Assembly: GCF_963921235.1 (NCBI RefSeq)
Contig: NC_086107.1
Coordinates: 116,562,001 to 116,626,000, forward strand
Direction: 5' to 3'
Source: Mobula hypostoma
Taxonomy: Eukaryota
DNA: 64,000 bases
The position numbers and the translations under genes were made by a program. This document shows, one piece after another, positions 58,036 through 64,000 of the stretch (positions within the stretch are counted from its first letter, which is position 1; every line of letters starts with the position of its first letter). The notes under the pieces were generated by a model. That model ran no database searches. It saw only the letters and a program-made list of their open reading frames with translations, and was not told the DNA's origin.

Positions 58036-61000
58036 TTTTTTTCATTTTTAAATCTTTTTAATTAATTATTGATGATCAACAAAAAATACATTAATCAAGT
58101 CAACATGTCAATATGTACAATGAGAATTAAATTATCAAATGACTGATTAACAAAGCTAAACAATATATCAATAATAATAAGAAAAAATAAAATGCTAAAA
58201 CTATTTTTTGGAAAAAAGAAAGAAGAAAAAAAGAACCCCTACTAACTAAAACAAACAAAAAACCCATTGGGAGCACAACCCCAGAGCTATACGCTGTACA
58301 AGCTTCCATAAAAGAAAAAAATCAATCTGCCAACTCAAATCCATTTAAACAAGAATCAGAAGGGGACCATCTTAATTAAATCAAATCAAATAATAGTAGC
58401 AGGCAAAAGAACCCCACCTTTTCTCAAAGTCAAATCAAGGATCAAAAGTTCGACTTCTGATTTTCTACAAACTAGGACGTAACATCACCTGAGAGAACCA
58501 TTGTATCAAAGTGGGAGCAGAAGCATCTTTCCATTTCAACAAAATAGCCCTTCTGGCCAATAATGTGACAAATGCAATTACATGTTGGTCTGATATAGAA
58601 ATATCATGAGTATATTGAGGGACTATACCGAACAAAACTGCCAATTTACTAGGTTGTAAATTAATTTTTAAAGCTTTAGAAATCGTAGAGAAAATAGATT
58701 TCCAAAACTGTTTCAATACAGAACACGACCAAAACATATGTATCAATGTAGCTGTCTCAGTTTTACATCTGTCACACTGACTATCAACATTAGGAAATAT
58801 TTTAGACAGTGTCTCCTTTGTCAAATAATAACGATGTACAATTTTAAATTGAATTAAAGAGTGACTGGCTCAAATCGAAGATGAGTTAACCAACTTCAAA
58901 ATACGCAACTAATCCTCTGTTATCAAGGTCATGTTAAACTCTCTTTCCCAATCTTGCTTAATCTTAAGTAAAGGATAATTGTACTGTTGTAATAGTAAAT
59001 TATATATTTTCCTAATAAAACCTTTCACTAAAGGATTCATTTTTGAAGTACTGTCTAACAGGTCAGAATCTTGTATATATGGAAAATTACTTAAATATTC
59101 TTGTAAGAAATGTCTGACCTGAAGATATTGCAAGAAATGTGAGTATGAGAGAGAGTATTCAGTTACTAATTTCTCAAAAGACATCAATCCGCCTTCTTGG
59201 AACAGATCTTTGAAGGAATAGACTCCTTTATTCCTCCAAAGAAAAAAGGTAGGATCACTAAGTGAAAGTTTAAATAAATAATTTATATACATTAAACTAA
59301 GGAGGTTAATTTTTTGAGACTAAAAAAATTACGAAACTGATACCAAATTCATAATGACTGCTTAATCATAGGATATAAATTTAGATTAGAAATTTTGGCT
59401 AGTTGTACAGGTAAAAAAGCTCCCAATAACGAAGTTAGGTAAAATTGTTTCACAGCTTTTAATTCCAAATCAACCCAAGGTGGTTATTCATTTTTATCAA
59501 TCCAATATAACCATGAACACACATAACGTATATTAACAGCCCAATAATACATTCTTAAATTTGGCAGAGCAAGACCTCCATCCTTTTTTAATTTTTGTAA
59601 ATGATATTTCCCAATTCTTGGTCTTTTATTATTCCAAACAACAGATGAAATAATAGAATCAGCCTGATCAAAAAAACTTAGTTTAAAAAAAAAGGATTAT
59701 TTTGAAATGCATATAAAAATTTTGGTAAAATCATCATTTTAACTGCATGAATTCGGCCAGCTAACGAAAGTGTAAGTGAATTCCATCTACAAAATAATTG
59801 CTTTGTAAAATCCACTAAAGGGAACCAATTTAGCTCTATAAAGGTCTATAATTTTTAGTGATGATAATACCTAAATATTTAAGACTCTGTAACTTTAAAA
59901 GGAATGTCATTATATACAAAAGCAGAATCATTTAGAGGAAATAATTCACTTTTATGAAGGTTTAGTTTATATCCTGAAAACTTTACAAATTCATTTAATA
60001 GTTTCAATAAACTAGGAATGGATTCTTCAGGATTCGAAACATAAACTAAGAGATCATCAGCATAAAGGGAGATCTTATGAATAGTCCCATTTATGGAAAT
60101 TCCTTTAATATCTTTAACTTCACGAGGTGCAATAGACAAAGGTTCCAGCACCAAATTAAATAACAAAGGACTTAACGGACATCCTTGTCTCGTACCCTGC
60201 GAAAGTCAGAAAAAAGGAGATCTGCAATTATTAGCAATAACAGTGGCAATAGGGATTTTATATATCATTCTAATCCACATATTAAAATTAGTACCAAAGC
60301 TGAATTTCTCTAAAATGTTAAATAAGTATTTCCATTCAACTGTATGAAATGTCTTTTCAGCATCTAGAGAAACAACACATTGGAGAGTCTTAGACAGGGA
60401 TGAATATATAACATTCAACAGTCTCCGAGTATTAGAGAAGGAATAATGGCCTTTTATAAAACCTGTTTGGTCCTGAGAAATAATTTTAGCTAGAATGTTC
60501 TCCAGTCGATTAGCCATTATTTTTGAAAGAATTTTAGCATCACATTTAATAAGGAAATAGGTCTATATGAAGCACAATCAGTAGGGTCTTTATCTTTCTT
60601 AAGAATTAAAGAAATAGAAGCTTCATAAAATGTGGAAGGTAACTCTCCTACCAAAAAAGAATCTTTAAGCGTTTCCAACATATATGGAGAAAGCAATTTT
60701 TCGAATTTTTTATAAAATCCTACAGAAAAACCATCCAATCCAGGAGCTTTCTGAAAGAATAGCTTTCTGAATTTCTTTTTCAGTAATAGGAGTATCAAGA
60801 GTTCATTGATCTTCAACAGATATTCTAGGAAAATCAATCTTTTGTAAAAAAGCACTCATTTTAGAAGGATCAGCTGGAAACTGAGATTTATAAAGTTCAC
60901 TGTAAAAGTCTTGAAAAATTTTATTAATAATCTTCCTAATTACAAGCTAAACTACTGTCTCCCTTATGAATTTTTAAAATTTGTCTTTTAGCTCTAGCTG

Positions 61001-63215
61001 CCTTTAATTGGGATGCTAATAGCTTATTATTTTTATCTCCAAACACATAAAATTGACTTTTCAATTTAGGCAAATTTCTTTCAATAGGATAAGTTAATAG
61101 TAAATTATAATGTGATTGAAGTTCAGCCCGTTGTTTAAATAAAGATTAGGAAATTAGGAGAGACTGCATAAATATATCCAAGTCTTTAATTTGTTTTGAA
61201 ATCTTATCTAACTCTATTTTTGTCTGTTTCTTAAACTTAGCTAAATAGGAGATTATCTGACCTCGCAAATATGCTTTAAATGTATCCCATATAATCAATT
61301 TCGACACATTTCCCATATTGTTGAAAAGAAAAAAATTATCTCAGTCTCAATAAATTTGACAAAGTCCGAACTTTGTAATAAATTTTCAGGAAAACGCCAA
61401 GGCAAGTTTGCAATACTGACATCATTCAATTCAAAAGCTAAGCTTAAAGGTGCATGATCCGAAACAACGATAGCATCATATTCACATTTCTGGACTTTGG
61501 ACAACAATCAGAAATCAGCTATAAAATAATCGATTCTTGAATACTTTTTATGAACATGTGAATAAAAGGAATAATCTCTGTCATTAGGATGTAGATGTCT
61601 CCAGATTTCAATCAAACCATAATCAATTAAAAAAGAGTTAATAAGTGATGCTGAACAATTCGGAAGTCGCTGATTGGTTGAACTCTTGTCAATCAAAGGA
61701 TTTAGACAACAGTTAAAATCACCACCCATTAACAACATATATTAATTTAAATCTGGCAATAAACCAAATATGTTTTTTAAAAAAGAAGGATCATCTACAT
61801 TAGGTCCATACAGATTAACCAGGACAATTTTTCTATGACAAATTGTTCCTTTGACAATTAAAAATCTATCATTAGTATAGAAACATAGAAAATAGGTGCA
61901 GGAGTAGGCCATTCGGCCCTTCGAGCCTGCACTGCCATTCAGTACGATCATGGCTGATCATCCAACTCAGAACCCTGTACCTGCCTTCTCTCCATACCCC
62001 CTGATCCCTTTAGCCACAAGGGCCATATCTAACTATCTGACACAATGTCTTCTTGGATAAATAAAATATTAGATTTGATAAAAATAGATACTCCCTTCAT
62101 TTTATTTTGACAAGTGGCATGATATTGAAGGCCCTTCCACATTTTAAAATATCTATTTTGATCATCCGTTCTGATATGTGTTTCTTGAGCAAAAATTATA
62201 TCAGGCTATAATCGATTAATAATTTTAAAAGTCTTCTTTCGCTTATAGGGTGATTCCAGCCACGTACGTTCCAACTAATAACGTTTATCTGTTTAACTAC
62301 CATAAGTTTTTTTCACACATAAATACACGCATACCAATGCGGGCTAATCAAAAATGGCAGTGATAAGTATAACCATATAGAAAACATGCATGCTCCAGGA
62401 CTCTGTAATGGGAAAAAATACAAGAAAAAAAACTGAAAAAAATGAAATTCATCCTACAATGAAACCTATAGTTTGAAACTACCCTCCCACCATCCCAAGA
62501 GCTAGAAATCCAGCAAAGAGAAGGAACAGGCCAGAATGCGTCCCCATAGAAAAAGAAAAAAGAAAGAGAACTCTGCGAGCTGCTCAATTGAAACAATGAT
62601 TTTAAATGTTTTTCTTAATTACCCCCCCCTTTACAAAAACACACGGCCCTAAAATAGGAAAGCCCTGCAGAGGGAAAATAAGATGTTTATGCTTAATCAT
62701 TAAAAATAAACTGGGGAATGCAAAAACAATCTCCAAAGACGTCAAAACAATACAATTAAACCTAAACAAAGAGAAAAATGTCTATGTAATCTCTAACGAT
62801 GAAAAATCGGTGCCATTATCCCTTTGACTTACTGCCCAATTAAAAAAAACTGTTTTTAGAAGAAAAACTGAGACTAATTATCTATTTACTAAGCATTCCT
62901 CACTATATATATGAAAAAGTCTTTATAAACTATCAAAACTACCACTTAATTAATGAAGAAAAGCAAGAATAAAAACAAATAATCAAACCAGTTAACAATC
63001 TGTCCGCTGTGTTAATTCACTCAGTATACCAAACAGATTTCGGAAAAGTCATTCATCAGTCAAATCAAGAAGTTCACATCTTCTTTAAATGGCTCATTGA
63101 TCAAAGGACATCTTCAATATATCAGAAATCTTCAAAGCTTGTTCTCTTTCAGAAAATTATTCAGCAGATCTAATACCATTCAAACCTCGGCCACCTCCAA
63201 AATAAAATTAACATA
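58036..63215 (-). mobile_element. L1-clade LINE, decayed ORF2 (start ATG 62303, end about 58385) with upstream non-coding sequence
   Basis: VISWNVRG, NLYGPN, GGDFN, YSRIDY, SDHAP, KAPGLDG, YRPISLLN, DQTGF, SLDAEK, LYADD, C-terminal CDRCK..HMFWSC; A-rich 3' end; many frameshifts. The 5' boundary is uncertain. Confidence 0.92.
61879..62032 (-). mobile_element. Short CR1-type 3' tail inserted in the L1 endonuclease domain
   Basis: agaaacatagaaaataggtgcaggagtaggccattcggccc...; removing it restores L1 codons VSDTNDRFLIVKG. Confidence 0.85.
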
Positions 63216-63218
63216 GTC

Positions 63219-64000
63219 CAACTCCCTTGTCCATTCGTCCCCCCCATCCCTCCCCACTGATCAACTCCCTTGTCCATTCATCCCCCCCATCCCTCCCCAC
63301 TGATCAACTCCCTTGTCCATTCATCCCCCCCATCCCTCCCCACTGATCAACTCCCTTGTCCATTCGTCCCCCCCATCCCTCCCCACTGATCTCCCTCCTG
63401 GCACTTATCCTTGTAAGCGGAACAAGTGCTACACATGCCCTTACACTTCCTCCCTTACCACCATTCAGGGCCCCAAACAGTCCTTCCAGGTGAGGCAACA
63501 CTTCACCTGTGAGTCGTCTGGGGTGATATACTGCATCCGGTGCTCCCGATGTGGCCTTTTATATATTGGCGAGACCCGACGCAGACTGGGAGACCGCTTT
63601 GCTGAACATCTATGGTCTGTCTGCCAGAGAAAGCAGGATCTCCCAGTGGCCACACATTTTAATTCCACATCCCATTCCCATTCTGACATGTCTACCCACG
63701 GCCTCCTCTACTGTAAAGATGAAGCTACACTCAGGTTGGAGGAACAACACCTTATATTCCGTCTGGGTAGCCTCCAACCTGATGGCATGAACATCGACTT
63801 CTCTAACTTCCGCTAATGCCCCACCTCCCCCTCGTACCCCATCTGTTACTTATTTTTATACACACATTCTTTCTCTCTCTCTCCTTTTTCTCCCTCTGTC
63901 CCTCTGAATACACCTCTTGCCCATCCTCTGGGTTCCCCTCCCCTTGACTTTCTTCCCAGACCTCCTGTCCCATGATCCTCTCGTATCCCCTTTTGCCAAT
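63219..64000 (+). mobile_element. 5'-truncated Penelope-like element: uninterrupted GIY-YIG endonuclease ORF (to 63816) plus 3' UTR, running off the window
   Basis: PGTYPC..KCYTC, FTCESSGVIYCIRCSRCGLLYIGETRRRLGDRFAEH, VATHFN, RLEEQHLIFRLGSLQPDGMN. Confidence 0.93.

Noticed and set aside
1..64000. Vault RNA or other vault components (TEP1, PARP4) beside MVP
   Set aside because: I saw no convincing A-box/B-box/oligo-T Pol III unit outside SINE relics and no exons of those genes; an Infernal search with the vault RNA model would be decisive.

Overview
This is vertebrate genomic DNA, most likely from a cartilaginous fish (ray or shark; inferred from the CR1/HER1-like, V-SINE, Rex1 and Penelope repeat content). 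It holds one complete protein-coding gene on the + strand: major vault protein (MVP). I reconstructed it by hand as 15 coding exons, all with GT-AG introns and compatible phases. The ATG is at 11460 and the TGA at 54186-54188. The CDS is 2571 nt (856 aa), followed by AATAAA at 54227. A probable non-coding first exon and CpG-rich promoter lie at about 7.4-8.3 kb. The rest is extremely GC-skewed minisatellite arrays (about 25 kb in total, many abutting exons) and nested retroelements: CR1, Rex1/Babar, RTE, L1, a Penelope GIY-YIG fragment, two solo-LTR-like inserts and SINE-like pieces. Most long ORFs in the supplied track are artefacts of the repeats. I found no new multi-gene system. The most unusual signals are four: (i) three independent minisatellites born at the same ~60-bp spot of CR1 ORF2; (ii) intronic arrays or duplications that copy 5' splice-site motifs next to real MVP donors; (iii) an MVP exon structure that differs from human, plus a Pro>Leu change in a conserved motif; (iv) Penelope-derived fold-back elements with degenerate hammerhead cores, one of which seems to have seeded an AP-1 site array. 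Exon coordinates are exact; mobile element and array boundaries are approximate.
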